A DNA stretch of 32,000 nt from Pseudomonas aeruginosa (GTDB taxonomy: Bacteria; Pseudomonadota; Gammaproteobacteria; Pseudomonadales; Pseudomonadaceae): assembly GCF_001457615.1 (NCBI RefSeq), contig NZ_LN831024.1, positions 1,050,001-1,082,000 of the forward strand, read 5' to 3'. The notes under the pieces are model-generated. The model made no database searches. It was given only the letters and a program-made list of their open reading frames with translations, and was not told the origin of the DNA. The number at the start of each line of letters is the position of its first letter. Within the stretch, counting starts at the first letter, position 1. The translations under genes were made by a program, and so were the position numbers. Shown here one piece after another: positions 1 to 9,297 of the stretch.

Positions 1-102
1 TGCGTAGGGGCATGGTGTGCGGCCTTGCCGTTTTTTGTTGTTATGAATGGGGGCGAAGCATGCGGCGCGCCGGGCCGCTTGTCCAGCCCGGCGCGCGCCC
101 GG

Positions 103-1188
103 TCAATGGGGCAGCAGGAAGCGCGCGGCGAGCGGCAGGTGGTTGGAGATCTGCAGCGTATCGCTGCGCCGGACCCGGGCATCGAGACGGGTCAGCGAGG
201 GGCTGTGGAACAGGTAGTCGAGGGTCCGATCCGGCCCCTGGACCCGTGGGTCGTTGGGGAAGTGCGTGTACCAGCGAACCTGGTCGACGCCACTGGCCTC
301 TTCCAGCGACGGCACCATCGGGAAGCGCCCGCTCAGGATGGCCAGTTCGCTGTCTTCCCGGTAGGGCGCGCGCAGCGGCGCCAGCAGGTAGGGATACTGG
401 CCGGGCGGCAGCAGGTTGAGGTCGCCGCCGAGCAGCCAGGGCGTGCGCCTGGCCTGCAGTTCGTCGAGCAGCGTACGGGTGGTCTCGACCTGGCGCTCGA
501 GGGTGTCGTCGTTCGCCTGCGGGCGGTCGAAGCGGGCGTTGAGCACGGCCAGCTCGCCGCCGCCGTCGATCGGCAGGTGGCTGACCAGGATCGCCGGGCG
601 CGGCCCGAACAGGCGGTCGAACAGCCCGCCATCGCGTGGCGGCAACTGGCGCCGCTCGGCGCTATCGATGCGATAGCGGCTCAGGGTGGCCTGCTTGCGG
701 CCGACGCTGCCGAAGATGTGCGGCGTCGGCACGAAGGCCGACTTCCACTCGTAGGCCTGGGCGCTGCAATGGTAGAGATCGTTGATGCGCTCCTGGATCA
801 GCGCCAGTTGGTCCTGATCGTCGGTGGCGCTGGAGCCGTCGTCGATCTCCTGGAGCAGGACCAGGTCCGGCTGCTCGTCGCGGATCACCCGGACCACCTC
901 GTCGAGGGTGAACGCCAGGTCTTCGGCGGTGGGGCGCTGGTCCGGGCCGGTGGCATCCGGCAGGTCGTCCCAGAAGACGTAGCGCTTGCCGGCCAGGTAC
1001 TGGATGTTCCAGGTCATCACCTTCAGGGCCTGCCCCGGCTTCAGCGCCGGCGCGGCGCCCTGGCAATGCAGGGGCGCGGCTTCGCGATCGGCGGGTTGCC
1101 AGCTCAGCAGGTAGCTGGCGAGCAGGGCACCGCCGACCAGCAGGAGCAGGCCGACGAACAGCAGGTTGCGTAGACGGGGCAGTGACAT
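103..1188 (-). CDS. Endonuclease/exonuclease/phosphatase (EEP) family protein with N-terminal membrane anchor
   Basis: ORF with EEP motifs (MTWNIQYL, LVLLQEIDD, LLGGDLNLLP, RTLDYLFHSPSL) and hydrophobic N-terminus after MSLPRLRN. The ATG at 1188 is preferred over the upstream TTG at 1314 used by the track. Confidence 0.85.
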   Translation of the reverse strand: MSLPRLRNLLFVGLLLLVGGALLASYLLSWQPADREAAPLHCQGAAPALKPGQALKVMTWNIQYLAGKRYVFWDDLPDATGPDQRPTAEDLAFTLDEVVRVIRDEQPDLVLLQEIDDGSSATDDQDQLALIQERINDLYHCSAQAYEWKSAFVPTPHIFGSVGRKQATLSRYRIDSAERRQLPPRDGGLFDRLFGPRPAILVSHLPIDGGGELAVLNARFDRPQANDDTLERQVETTRTLLDELQARRTPWLLGGDLNLLPPGQYPYLLAPLRAPYREDSELAILSGRFPMVPSLEEASGVDQVRWYTHFPNDPRVQGPDRTLDYLFHSPSLTRLDARVRRSDTLQISNHLPLAARFLLPH

Positions 1189-1303
1189 CGCAATCGAGAC
1201 TATGCTGGAAAGGACCAGAGCATAGAGCTTGCCGCCGCGCATTTCATCCTTGCAGGTCGAATTGACGCAAGGGTTCGCGTTTTTTCGAGCGGGAGGGTAC
1301 CGC

Positions 1304-2140
1304 ATGCCGCGCAAGGTATTCAGCAGCCAGGCCTACCGCCACAAGGTGGTGCTGGTCAGCGGCGGCTGTTCCGGCATCGGTCGCGCGCTGGCGCTGCGTT
1401 TCGCCCGGGCCGGTGCGCGACTGGCGATCCTCGACCTCGACCAGGCGGCGCTGGACAGTTTGGTCCAGCACCTGCGCGACCATCTCGGCGGCGAGGCGCT
1501 CGGCCTGCGCTGCGACGTCGCCGACGCCGATGCGGTGGAGCGTGCCGTGGCGCTGGCGGTGGAGCGCTTCGGCGGCATCGACGTGCTGGTCAACAACGCC
1601 GGCATCACCCACCGCGGTACCTTCGCCGAAACCGGCCTGGGGGTTTTCCGCAAGGTCATGGCGGTGAACTTCTTCGGCGCCGTGCATTGCACCCGCGCGG
1701 CGCTGCCGAGCCTGCTCGAACGGCGCGGGCAGATCGTCGTGCTCGGTTCGCTGACCGGTTTCGCCCCGTTGCTCTACCGCAGCGCCTACAACGCCAGCAA
1801 GCATGCCTTGCACGGTCTGTTCGACACCCTGCGGATGGAGCTGGAAGGCACCGGCGTCAGCGTGACCCTGGCCTGCCCGGGATTCACCGCTACCGACCTG
1901 CGCAAGAACGCGCTGGTCGGCGATGGCTCGGTGACTCGCCAGCCGGTGCAAGTGCTGGGCAGCCAGGTGGCATCGCCGGTGGAGGTCGCCGAGGCGATCT
2001 TCCAGGGCGCCGCGCGGCGCCGGCGCCTGCTGGTGCTGTCCAACGTCAACTGGCGGGCGCGGCTGCTGGCGCGCTTCTTTCCGCGTCTCTTCGAAAAGCT
2101 GCTGGTGCCGCGCCTGTCGGGACTCAAGCCGCAACCCTGA
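1304..2140 (+). CDS. Short-chain dehydrogenase/reductase (SDR)
   Basis: Rossmann motif GGCSGIGRAL, NNAGIT, and catalytic YxxxK (YRSAYNASKHAL). Start chosen at MPRKVF. Confidence 0.9.
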   Translation: MPRKVFSSQAYRHKVVLVSGGCSGIGRALALRFARAGARLAILDLDQAALDSLVQHLRDHLGGEALGLRCDVADADAVERAVALAVERFGGIDVLVNNAGITHRGTFAETGLGVFRKVMAVNFFGAVHCTRAALPSLLERRGQIVVLGSLTGFAPLLYRSAYNASKHALHGLFDTLRMELEGTGVSVTLACPGFTATDLRKNALVGDGSVTRQPVQVLGSQVASPVEVAEAIFQGAARRRRLLVLSNVNWRARLLARFFPRLFEKLLVPRLSGLKPQP

Positions 2141-2146
2141 CGGTGC

Positions 2147-2581
2147 TCAGTGGGCGTGGTCGTGGGCGTCGAAGCCCTGGCTCATGTCCCAGTAGGAGGC
2201 CTCGACCTTGTGCCCGTCGAGGTCGCGGATGAAACACCCGTAGTAGGGCTCGCCGTACAGCGGACGCGGGCCCGGCGCGCCCTCGTCGCGTGCGCCGGCG
2301 GCCAGGGCCGCGGCGTGGAAGGCGTCGACCTGGGCCTTGCTGTCGGCGAAGAAGCCGACGTGGCTGCCGTTGCCGACGCTGGCGGGACGGCCGTCGATCG
2401 GCGCCTGCACCCAGAACTCCGGATAGAGCTTGCCGTAGGCTACGGCGCCGGGGTATTCGAGGATCACCTTGCAGCCGAGGGCGGCCATCACCGCGTCGTA
2501 GAAGGCTCGGGCACGGGGAAAGTCGTTGGTGCCGATGGACAGGTGGGAAATGCAGCTGGGGTTGGCCGATTCGTCGCTCAT
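2147..2581 (-). CDS. VOC family (glyoxalase/bleomycin resistance-like) protein
   Basis: ISHLSIGTNDFPRARAFYDAVMAALG N-terminus and YYGCFIRDLDGHKVEAS C-terminus are typical of VOC proteins. Converges tail-to-tail with the SDR gene, 6 bp apart. Confidence 0.85.
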   Translation of the reverse strand: MSDESANPSCISHLSIGTNDFPRARAFYDAVMAALGCKVILEYPGAVAYGKLYPEFWVQAPIDGRPASVGNGSHVGFFADSKAQVDAFHAAALAAGARDEGAPGPRPLYGEPYYGCFIRDLDGHKVEASYWDMSQGFDAHDHAH

Positions 2582-2647
2582 GGTCCGTTCCTCGAGGCAG
2601 GGCTCGTCAAGCATAGGCCAGCGCGGCGAATCGGCGCGCGGCGCCGT

Positions 2648-3304
2648 TCACATCCCGTTGCGTGGCGCCGGACCGAGGCTGTAGATGCGGAAGGCGACGA
2701 TGGTCAACAGCAGCTGGAAGAACCCGCTGAGCGTATGCAGGGCGACCCGCAGCACGACGGCGTCGCCGGCCGAATCGGCGAGCCAGGCTTCCAGGCTCCA
2801 GACCGGCAGCAGGATCACCAGCGAACAGGCGAGGATCAGGAAGAATCGCCCACGGGTGAACTCGAAGCTTTCCCGCAGCGCCTGCAGCGGACTACGGCCG
2901 CGCAGCACCAGGCAGAATTCGGCGAAGGACAGCTTCACCATGACGAAGATGCCCGGCAGGATCAGCAGCGACAGGCCGAGCACGATCAGCAGCGAAGTCA
3001 GCGCCGCGAGTAGCGCGAAGGCTGGCCACAGGCGCAGCGCGGCGCTCCACAGCTGGCCGACGCGAGGCCGCTCGTCGCGCCCGCGCGCGTCCATGAACAG
3101 GATCAGGGCTGCGGTGTAGAGCGGGTAGAAGAGCAGTCCGGCGACCAGGCTCCAGGCGCCCATCTGCTGGGGGCCGACGGCTTCGTCGATCTGCTGCTGG
3201 AGCAGGCTTTCGAGGAATATCCAGGGCAGGCAGAGCGGCACCAGGGTGGTCAGGTGGCGGGTGAAGAAGAACCAGGCGTCACGCAGCGGCAGCAGAGGAT
3301 TCAT
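2648..3304 (-). CDS. Multi-pass inner-membrane protein, YciC/UPF0259-like
   Basis: C-terminal 218 aa of the long track ORF, starting MNPLLPLRDAWFFFTRHL, with several hydrophobic helices. The upstream part of the 637-aa ORF is antisense/out-of-frame read-through. Confidence 0.7.
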   Translation of the reverse strand: MNPLLPLRDAWFFFTRHLTTLVPLCLPWIFLESLLQQQIDEAVGPQQMGAWSLVAGLLFYPLYTAALILFMDARGRDERPRVGQLWSAALRLWPAFALLAALTSLLIVLGLSLLILPGIFVMVKLSFAEFCLVLRGRSPLQALRESFEFTRGRFFLILACSLVILLPVWSLEAWLADSAGDAVVLRVALHTLSGFFQLLLTIVAFRIYSLGPAPRNGM

Positions 3305-3387
3305 CGCGGGTCGGCAGATCGGATACGAGCCCGCGACTCTAACCCAGCCGGCCGCCGAGGCCAACGCCTGGCGGCCGCCGTTGCCGT

Positions 3388-4482
3388 TCAGGCCGCTTCG
3401 CGAGCCTGGGCCTGCTCCAGTTCGCGGACCAGCGGCAACACGTGCTTGCCGAAATACTCCACTTCTTCGTGGAAGTGCAGGAAGGCCGACAGCACCAGGT
3501 CGACCCCGGCCGCCTTCAGCGCGACGATGCGCTCGGCGATCTGCCGTGGCGTGCCGATCAGGTTGGTCTTGAAGCCGTCGTTGTATTGCACCAGGTCTTC
3601 GAAGGTGGATTTGGCCCAGTTGCCATCGCCCTCCGGCGAGGCCTTGCCGGCCTGTTTCACCGCGTCGCCGAAGGCGTTCACCGCCTCGTAGTCGGCCTTG
3701 GCGATGATCTCGTCGAGCACCGCCCGCGCTTCCTCCTCGGTGTCGCGGGCAATGATGAAGGCGTTCACTCCGACCTTGACCGAATGGCCGTTGGCCGCCG
3801 CCTTGGCGCGGATGTCCTCGACCTGGGCGCGGATGCCGTCGATGCTGTTGCCGTTGGTGAAGTACCAGTCGGACACGCGCGAGGCCATGTCCCGCGCCGC
3901 CCGCGAGCTGCCGCCCTGGAAGATTTCCGGGTGCGGCTGCTGGATCGGCTTGGGTTTCAGGGTGTAGTCGTGGAAACGATAGAAATCGCCCTTGAAGGTG
4001 AAGTTTTCCTCGGTCCAGATGCCTTTCAGCACGCGGATGAACTCCTCGGAGCGCCGATAGCGTTCGTCGTGCTCCAGCCAGGGTTCGCCGATGCCGGTGA
4101 ACTCTCCCTTGAACCAGCCGCTGACGATGTTCACCGCGACCCGGCCATTGGTCAGTTGGTCGATCGTCGCCAGTTGCTTGGCCACCACCGCCGGATGCCA
4201 GGGGCCAGGCAGGATCGCCGCGATCACCTTGAGCTTCTCGGTGGCCGCCAGCAGGGCGTGGCTGATGGCCACCGACTCGTGCTGGTACTCGGCGCCGTAG
4301 CCGGCGGTGAAGCGGATCTGCGAGAGGGCGTAGTCGAAGCCGTTGCGTTCCGCCAACTGGGCCAGCTTGCGGTTGTAGTCGATGTCCCAGCTGGTGCGTT
4401 GCTCGATCTTGCTCACCACCAGGCCGCCGCTGACGTTGGGGACCCAGTAGGCGAAGCGGATCGGCTGTTGCTCTTGGCTCAT
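3388..4482 (-). CDS. sfnG: LLM-class flavin-dependent monooxygenase, dimethylsulfone monooxygenase (SfnG)-like
   Basis: 364-aa luciferase-like protein: FAYWVPNVSGGLVVSKIEQRTSWDIDYNRKLAQLAE, RFTAGYGAEYQHESVAISHALLAAT, NIVSGWFKGEF. It closely matches the SfnG family as I remember it. Start at MSQEQQP. Confidence 0.75.
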   Translation of the reverse strand: MSQEQQPIRFAYWVPNVSGGLVVSKIEQRTSWDIDYNRKLAQLAERNGFDYALSQIRFTAGYGAEYQHESVAISHALLAATEKLKVIAAILPGPWHPAVVAKQLATIDQLTNGRVAVNIVSGWFKGEFTGIGEPWLEHDERYRRSEEFIRVLKGIWTEENFTFKGDFYRFHDYTLKPKPIQQPHPEIFQGGSSRAARDMASRVSDWYFTNGNSIDGIRAQVEDIRAKAAANGHSVKVGVNAFIIARDTEEEARAVLDEIIAKADYEAVNAFGDAVKQAGKASPEGDGNWAKSTFEDLVQYNDGFKTNLIGTPRQIAERIVALKAAGVDLVLSAFLHFHEEVEYFGKHVLPLVRELEQAQAREAA

Positions 4483-4639
4483 CGGGGGTATCTCCGGGTA
4501 GGGGCGTGGTCCGGTGTCTATGAAGGAACCGTGCCATCCCGGATTCATGTTTTCGAATCAATGGCTTATGGGGGATATGGCGGAACCGGCCTGTCTTCTG
4601 CCGGACAGCCCTGTTGTCCCGCTGTTGCCCGGCAGACAG

Positions 4640-5221
4640 TCAGGCCGGCAAGCGCTGCAACAGTTCGGCGGCGCGCAGTACCACGGCGTACTCGCCGTGC
4701 AGGTTGGCCAACGCCATCGCATGCACCTCGTCGGCGCTGCGCGGGGTGCCGTGGAAATCGGGCTTGGCGAAGGTGAAGCAGGCGTCGGCCACTACCCAGG
4801 TCTGGAAGCCGAGGTTGCCGGCGCTGCGTGCGCTGGCTTCCACCGAGTTCTCCGTGGCTACCCCGACGAGCGCCACCTGGCGGATGTCGCGGACATGGAG
4901 CCAGCGTTGCAGGCCGCTGTTGATGAAGGCGTCGGGAACGTTCTTCTCGAACACCGCCTCGTCGTCGCGCGGCGCCAGCGCTGGCTGGAACTCCACGCCA
5001 GGCTGGCCGGGCGCGAAGGGCGAGCCGGGCTGCCGGGATACGTGCCGGACGTGCACCACCGGCCAGCCGGCGGCGCGCCAGGCGGCAAGCAGTTCGACGA
5101 TGCGCGCCTCGGCGCCGGGATTGTTGCGCGGCGGCAGGTCGTGGCGCTGCATGCCGCGTTGCAGGTCGACGATCAGCAGGGCGACCTGGGACCGTGCGGA
5201 GCGCTGGGCATCGTCATTCAT
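4640..5221 (-). CDS. Isochorismatase-fold / cysteine hydrolase-like protein (catalytic Cys position appears to be Ser)
   Basis: ALLIVDLQRGM N-terminus and GVATENSVEASARSAGNLGFQTWVVADACFTF. Start chosen at MNDDAQR (193 aa). Confidence 0.85.
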   Translation of the reverse strand: MNDDAQRSARSQVALLIVDLQRGMQRHDLPPRNNPGAEARIVELLAAWRAAGWPVVHVRHVSRQPGSPFAPGQPGVEFQPALAPRDDEAVFEKNVPDAFINSGLQRWLHVRDIRQVALVGVATENSVEASARSAGNLGFQTWVVADACFTFAKPDFHGTPRSADEVHAMALANLHGEYAVVLRAAELLQRLPA

Positions 5222-5320
5222 CGGGAATTCACCGGAGGAACTTGAGATCGTGCAGGGTGCTCCAATATTTCCCTTTGGTGCAATCCATCCTTCCTTCTCG
5301 AAATGCAGTCGAGGCGTGCG

Positions 5321-6037
5321 ATGAAATCCGATGAGAAAACCCTGATCGACGGCCTGTTCAGCCGCCTGCGCGAGGCCGAGGGGCAGTCCGCTCCGCGTGA
5401 CGCCGAGGCCGAGGCGCAGATCAACCAGCACCTGGTGCGGCAGCCGGCGGCGCCGTACTACATGGCGCAGGTGGTGCTGATCCAGGAAGCCGCGCTGAAG
5501 CGCCTCGACCAACGGGTGAAGGAGCTCGAGGCGCAGGTCGCCCAGTTGCAGCAGAGCCGTCCGAGCAGCGGCGGCTTCCTCTCCGGCCTGTTCGGCGGCG
5601 GCGCGCGCGACGAGCCGGCGCCGAGCCAATCGGGGCGCCCGGCGGGCTGGGGCGAGACGCGTTTCTCCAATCCGGCGGCGGCGGCCGGCGACATGCGTCC
5701 GGGTATGGCGCCCGCCGCGGCGGCCGCGCCTTCGCGGGCCAGCGGCTTTCTCGGCGGTGCGCTGCAGACGGCCGCTGGGGTCGCTGGCGGGATGCTGGTG
5801 GCCGACCTGCTCACCGGCATGTTCCGCCACAGCCAGCCGCAGGAAATCGTCGAGGTGATCCAGGACGTCCCGGTGGATAACCTCGACGCCAGCCAGTTTG
5901 CCGATCCCGAGCCGGCGCCCGAGCGCTTCGCCGATAGCGACTATCCCGCCGACGGCGGTTTCGCCGATGGCGATTTCAGCGACAGCGACTTCAACGACGA
6001 CTCCAGCTTCCTCGGCGACGACGATTTGTTCACCTGA
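5321..6037 (+). CDS. DUF2076 family protein with very acidic low-complexity C-terminus
   Basis: MKSDEKTLIDGLFSRLREAE...YYMAQVVLIQEAALKRLDQRVKELEAQVAQLQ, a Gly-rich segment (GGFLGGALQTAAGVAGGMLVADLLTGMF) and an Asp-rich tail. Confidence 0.75.
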   Translation: MKSDEKTLIDGLFSRLREAEGQSAPRDAEAEAQINQHLVRQPAAPYYMAQVVLIQEAALKRLDQRVKELEAQVAQLQQSRPSSGGFLSGLFGGGARDEPAPSQSGRPAGWGETRFSNPAAAAGDMRPGMAPAAAAAPSRASGFLGGALQTAAGVAGGMLVADLLTGMFRHSQPQEIVEVIQDVPVDNLDASQFADPEPAPERFADSDYPADGGFADGDFSDSDFNDDSSFLGDDDLFT

Positions 6038-6102
6038 CCGTTAGGGTTGCGGGCCGTGGGCTGCGATAATGGTGGCCCACTGCCGTCGTTCCGGAGTTCC
6101 CC

Positions 6103-6606
6103 TTGAGTCGTCCCGAGTCGCCCGCGGCGAAGAAGATCGCTGTCTTCGCCGATGTGCAGAACCTCTACTACACCGTGCGCCAGGCCTACGGCTGCCATCT
6201 CAACTACGCCGCCCTGTGGGCAGACATCGCTCGCGGCGGGAGCATCGTCGAGGCCTATGCCTACGCCATCGACCGCGGCGACCCGCGTCAGCAGCAGTTC
6301 CAGCAGATTCTGCGCAACCTCGGTTTCACGGTGAAGCTGAAGCCCTACATCCAGCGTGCCGACGGCTCGGCCAAGGGTGACTGGGATGTCGGCATCACCA
6401 TCGACGTACTGGATGCCGCGCCACGGGTGGACGAAGTGATGCTGCTGTCCGGTGACGGCGACTTCGATCTGCTGCTGGAGAAGGTCATCCGCGCCCACGG
6501 CGTCGTGGCTACGGCCTACGGGGTGCCTGGCCTGACCGCCAACGCGCTGATCCGAGCGGCGTCGCGCTACGTGCCGATCGAGGGCGGACTGCTGCTCAAG
6601 GGCTGA
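6103..6606 (+). CDS. NYN-domain (LabA/DUF88-like, PIN-fold) protein
   Basis: IAVFADVQNLYYTVRQAYG, DWDVGITIDVLDAAPRVDEVMLLSGDGDFDLLLEKVIRAHGV. TTG start at 6103, with GGAG about 8 nt upstream. Confidence 0.75.
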   Translation: MSRPESPAAKKIAVFADVQNLYYTVRQAYGCHLNYAALWADIARGGSIVEAYAYAIDRGDPRQQQFQQILRNLGFTVKLKPYIQRADGSAKGDWDVGITIDVLDAAPRVDEVMLLSGDGDFDLLLEKVIRAHGVVATAYGVPGLTANALIRAASRYVPIEGGLLLKG

Positions 6607-6683
6607 CCGGCCGCGCTCCAGAGGACGATGGGAGACGGCGAATCCGCTAGAATGCCGTCCGTTTCCTTTTTTCCGAGTCGCTC

Positions 6684-8033
6684 ATGACGTTCGCTTCCCT
6701 CGGTCTGCTCGACCCCCTGCTCAAGGCCCTCGAAGGGCTCGGCCACGGCACGCCTACGCCGATCCAGGCCCAAGCCATACCCCCGGCGCTCAAGGGCCGC
6801 GACCTGCTCGCCGCAGCACAGACCGGCACCGGCAAGACCGCCGGTTTCGCCCTGCCGTTGCTGCAGCGGCTGACCCTGGAGGGGCCGCAGGTCGCTGCGA
6901 ACTCGGTGCGTGCACTGGTCCTGGTCCCGACCCGCGAACTGGCCGAGCAGGTCCACGCCAGCGTCCGCGACTACGGCCAGCACCTGCCGCTGCGTACCGC
7001 GGTGGCCTACGGTGGGGTCAGCATCAACCCGCAGATGATGAAGCTGCGCAAGGGAGTGGATATCCTCGTCGCCACTCCCGGGCGGCTGCTCGACCTGTAT
7101 CGGCAGAACGCGGTGAAGTTCGCCCAGCTCCAGGCGTTGGTGCTGGACGAAGCCGATCGCATGCTCGACCTCGGTTTCGCCCGCGAGCTGGACGAACTGT
7201 TCGCCGCGCTGCCGCGCAAGCGCCAGACCCTGCTGTTTTCCGCGACCTTCTCCGACGCCATCCGCACGCTGGCCCGTGAACTGCTGCGCGACCCGCTGTC
7301 CATCGAGGTCAGTCCGCGCAATACCGCGGCGAAGAGCGTCAGGCAATGGCTGGTGCCGGTGGACAAGAAGCGCAAGGCCGAGCTGTTCTGCCACCTGTTG
7401 CAGGCCAATCGCTGGCGCCAGGCGCTGGTCTTCGCCAAGACCCGCAAGAGCGTCGAGGAACTGGTCGGACTGTTGCAGCGGCAGGGTATCGCCGCCGACT
7501 CGATCCATGGCGACAAGCCGCAGCCGGCGCGGCTGCGCGCCTTGCAGCGGTTCAAGGCCGGCGAGGTAGACCTGCTGGTAGCCACCGACGTGGCCGCGCG
7601 TGGCCTGGATATCGAGGAAATGCCGCTGGTGGTCAACTTCGACCTGCCGATCGTCGCCGAGGACTACGTGCATCGCATCGGCCGTACCGGCCGTGCCGGT
7701 GCCTCCGGCCAGGCGGTGTCGCTGGTCTGCGCCGACGAAGTGGAGCTGCTGGCGGCGATCGAAACACTGATCGGGCAGACCCTGCAACGCCGCGAGGAGC
7801 CCGACTTCGAGCCGGAGCACCGGGTGCCGCAGACCGCACCGGGCGGCGTGGTGCTGAAGAAACCGAAGAAGCCGAAGAAACCCAAGGCCGCGGAGAGCGT
7901 CGGCAAGCCCGGCAAGATCCACTTGGGCAGTTGGTTCGACAGCAGCGCGCCGACGGTCAAGGCGGTGCGCAAGGCACCGGGCTTCGGCGCGGGTGCGGCG
8001 GGCAAGCCGAAGAAGCGGCCGTCCGGCAAATAG
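6684..8033 (+). CDS. rhlE: DEAD-box ATP-dependent RNA helicase, RhlE subfamily
   Basis: Q motif and Walker A (AAAQTGTGKT), PTREL, DEAD (VLDEADRMLDLGF), SAT, HRIGRTGRAG, plus a basic Lys/Pro-rich C-terminal tail. Confidence 0.93.
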   Translation: MTFASLGLLDPLLKALEGLGHGTPTPIQAQAIPPALKGRDLLAAAQTGTGKTAGFALPLLQRLTLEGPQVAANSVRALVLVPTRELAEQVHASVRDYGQHLPLRTAVAYGGVSINPQMMKLRKGVDILVATPGRLLDLYRQNAVKFAQLQALVLDEADRMLDLGFARELDELFAALPRKRQTLLFSATFSDAIRTLARELLRDPLSIEVSPRNTAAKSVRQWLVPVDKKRKAELFCHLLQANRWRQALVFAKTRKSVEELVGLLQRQGIAADSIHGDKPQPARLRALQRFKAGEVDLLVATDVAARGLDIEEMPLVVNFDLPIVAEDYVHRIGRTGRAGASGQAVSLVCADEVELLAAIETLIGQTLQRREEPDFEPEHRVPQTAPGGVVLKKPKKPKKPKAAESVGKPGKIHLGSWFDSSAPTVKAVRKAPGFGAGAAGKPKKRPSGK

Positions 8034-8055
8034 CGAGGCGCTGGCGTACCGGTCT

Positions 8056-9297
8056 CTAGCGCCTGCCGCGCAACCAGGCCAGCGCGCCGAGTCCGGCCAC
8101 GCGCCCGCTGGCGAAGCAGGCGGTCAACAGGTAGCCGCCGGTGGGCGCCTCCCAGTCGAGCATTTCCCCAGCGCAGAACACGCCGGGCAGGCCATCGAGC
8201 ATCAGGTTGCGGTCGAGCGCCTCGAAGCGTACGCCGCCGGCGCTGCTGATCGCTTCGTCCAGCGGACGCGGGCGCAGCAGCGTCAGCGGCAGGCGCTTGA
8301 TCGCCGCCGCCAGGCGGGCCGGCTCGGTATAGGTGGCGGCGGGGGTGAGTTCACGCAGGAGGCCGGCCCGAACCCCATCGATGCCCAACTGGCTGCGCAG
8401 GTGATTGGCCATCGACCTGGAACCGCGCGGGCGAGCCAGGGCTGCCTCGATCTGCTCGCGACGCCTGTTCGGCAACAGGTCCAGCCATACTTCGGCCGAG
8501 CCCCGTGCCTCGATCCGTTCGCGGATGGCGGCGGAGAGGGCATAGACCAGGCTGCCCTCGATACCGTCGCGGGTCACGACGAATTCGCCCTGGCGCGGCG
8601 TTTCGCCCGCCAGTCCCATGGCCACCGGTTTGACCGGAGCGCCGGAGAACTTGTCGCGAAACAGCTCGCTCCAGCCGTCGATCTCGAAACCGCAATTGCT
8701 TGGCCGCAGGGGCTCGACCTCGATGCCACGGGCGCGCAGCAGGGGCACCCAGGCGCCGTCGGAGCCCAGGCGCTGCCAACTGCCGCCACCGAGCGCCAGG
8801 ATCACGGCGTCGGCGCGTATCGACAGGCGCTCGGCGGCGCTCTGGATGTCCAGCGTACCGTCCGCGTTCCAGCCCAGCCAACGGCAGCGGGTGTGGATGA
8901 GCACGCCTTGCTCGCGCAGGCGCTTGAGCCAGGCACGGAGCAACGGCGCGGCCTTCATGTCGGAGGGGAACACCCGGCCGGAACTGCCGACGAAGGTGTC
9001 GATACCCAGGCCGTGGATCCAGGCGCGCAACGCATCCGCGTCGAATTCGCCGAGCAGTGCGGCGATTTCCTTCTGGCGCCTGCCATAGCGGCCGAGGAAT
9101 TGTTCCCTGGCCTCGGCATGGGTGATGTTCATGCCGCCGACGCCCGCGAGGAGGAATTTCCGGCCGACCGAGGGCATGGCGTCGAACACTTCCGTGCGTA
9201 CGCCCGCCTGGCTCAGGACCTCCGCGGCCATCAGGCCTGCGGGACCGCCGCCGACGATGGCGACCTGGGGGGAAGGGGAGGATGCTTGACTGGGCAT
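8056..9297 (-). CDS. NAD(P)/FAD-dependent oxidoreductase, HI0933/TIGR03862-like flavoprotein
   Basis: N-terminal QVAIVGGGPAGLMAAEVLSQAG, KFLLAGVGGMNITHAE, and C-terminal LPGVFCAGEMLDWEAPTGGYLLTACFASGRVAG. Confidence 0.85.
   Translation of the reverse strand: MPSQASSPSPQVAIVGGGPAGLMAAEVLSQAGVRTEVFDAMPSVGRKFLLAGVGGMNITHAEAREQFLGRYGRRQKEIAALLGEFDADALRAWIHGLGIDTFVGSSGRVFPSDMKAAPLLRAWLKRLREQGVLIHTRCRWLGWNADGTLDIQSAAERLSIRADAVILALGGGSWQRLGSDGAWVPLLRARGIEVEPLRPSNCGFEIDGWSELFRDKFSGAPVKPVAMGLAGETPRQGEFVVTRDGIEGSLVYALSAAIRERIEARGSAEVWLDLLPNRRREQIEAALARPRGSRSMANHLRSQLGIDGVRAGLLRELTPAATYTEPARLAAAIKRLPLTLLRPRPLDEAISSAGGVRFEALDRNLMLDGLPGVFCAGEMLDWEAPTGGYLLTACFASGRVAGLGALAWLRGRR

Noticed and set aside
1-102. 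Short ORFs at the left edge (12..419, 25..1173)
   Set aside because: They run antisense to the EEP-family gene and have shadow-frame composition. No convincing gene start in the first 100 bp.
3305-4561. Upstream part of the 637-aa minus-strand ORF
   Set aside because: Overlaps the sfnG-like gene in another frame and encodes low-complexity R/G/H-rich sequence. Only the 3' 218 aa look real.
6103-8033. NYN protein plus RhlE helicase as a possible RNA-degradation operon
   Set aside because: The 77-bp gap contains a promoter-like region and the adjacency alone is weak evidence. No other functional link is visible in the sequence.
8036-8064. AGGCGCT...AGCGCCT inverted repeat at the rhlE/flavoprotein junction
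   Set aside because: 7-bp stem with a 15-nt loop and no T-run on either side. It could aid termination, but support is too weak to call.
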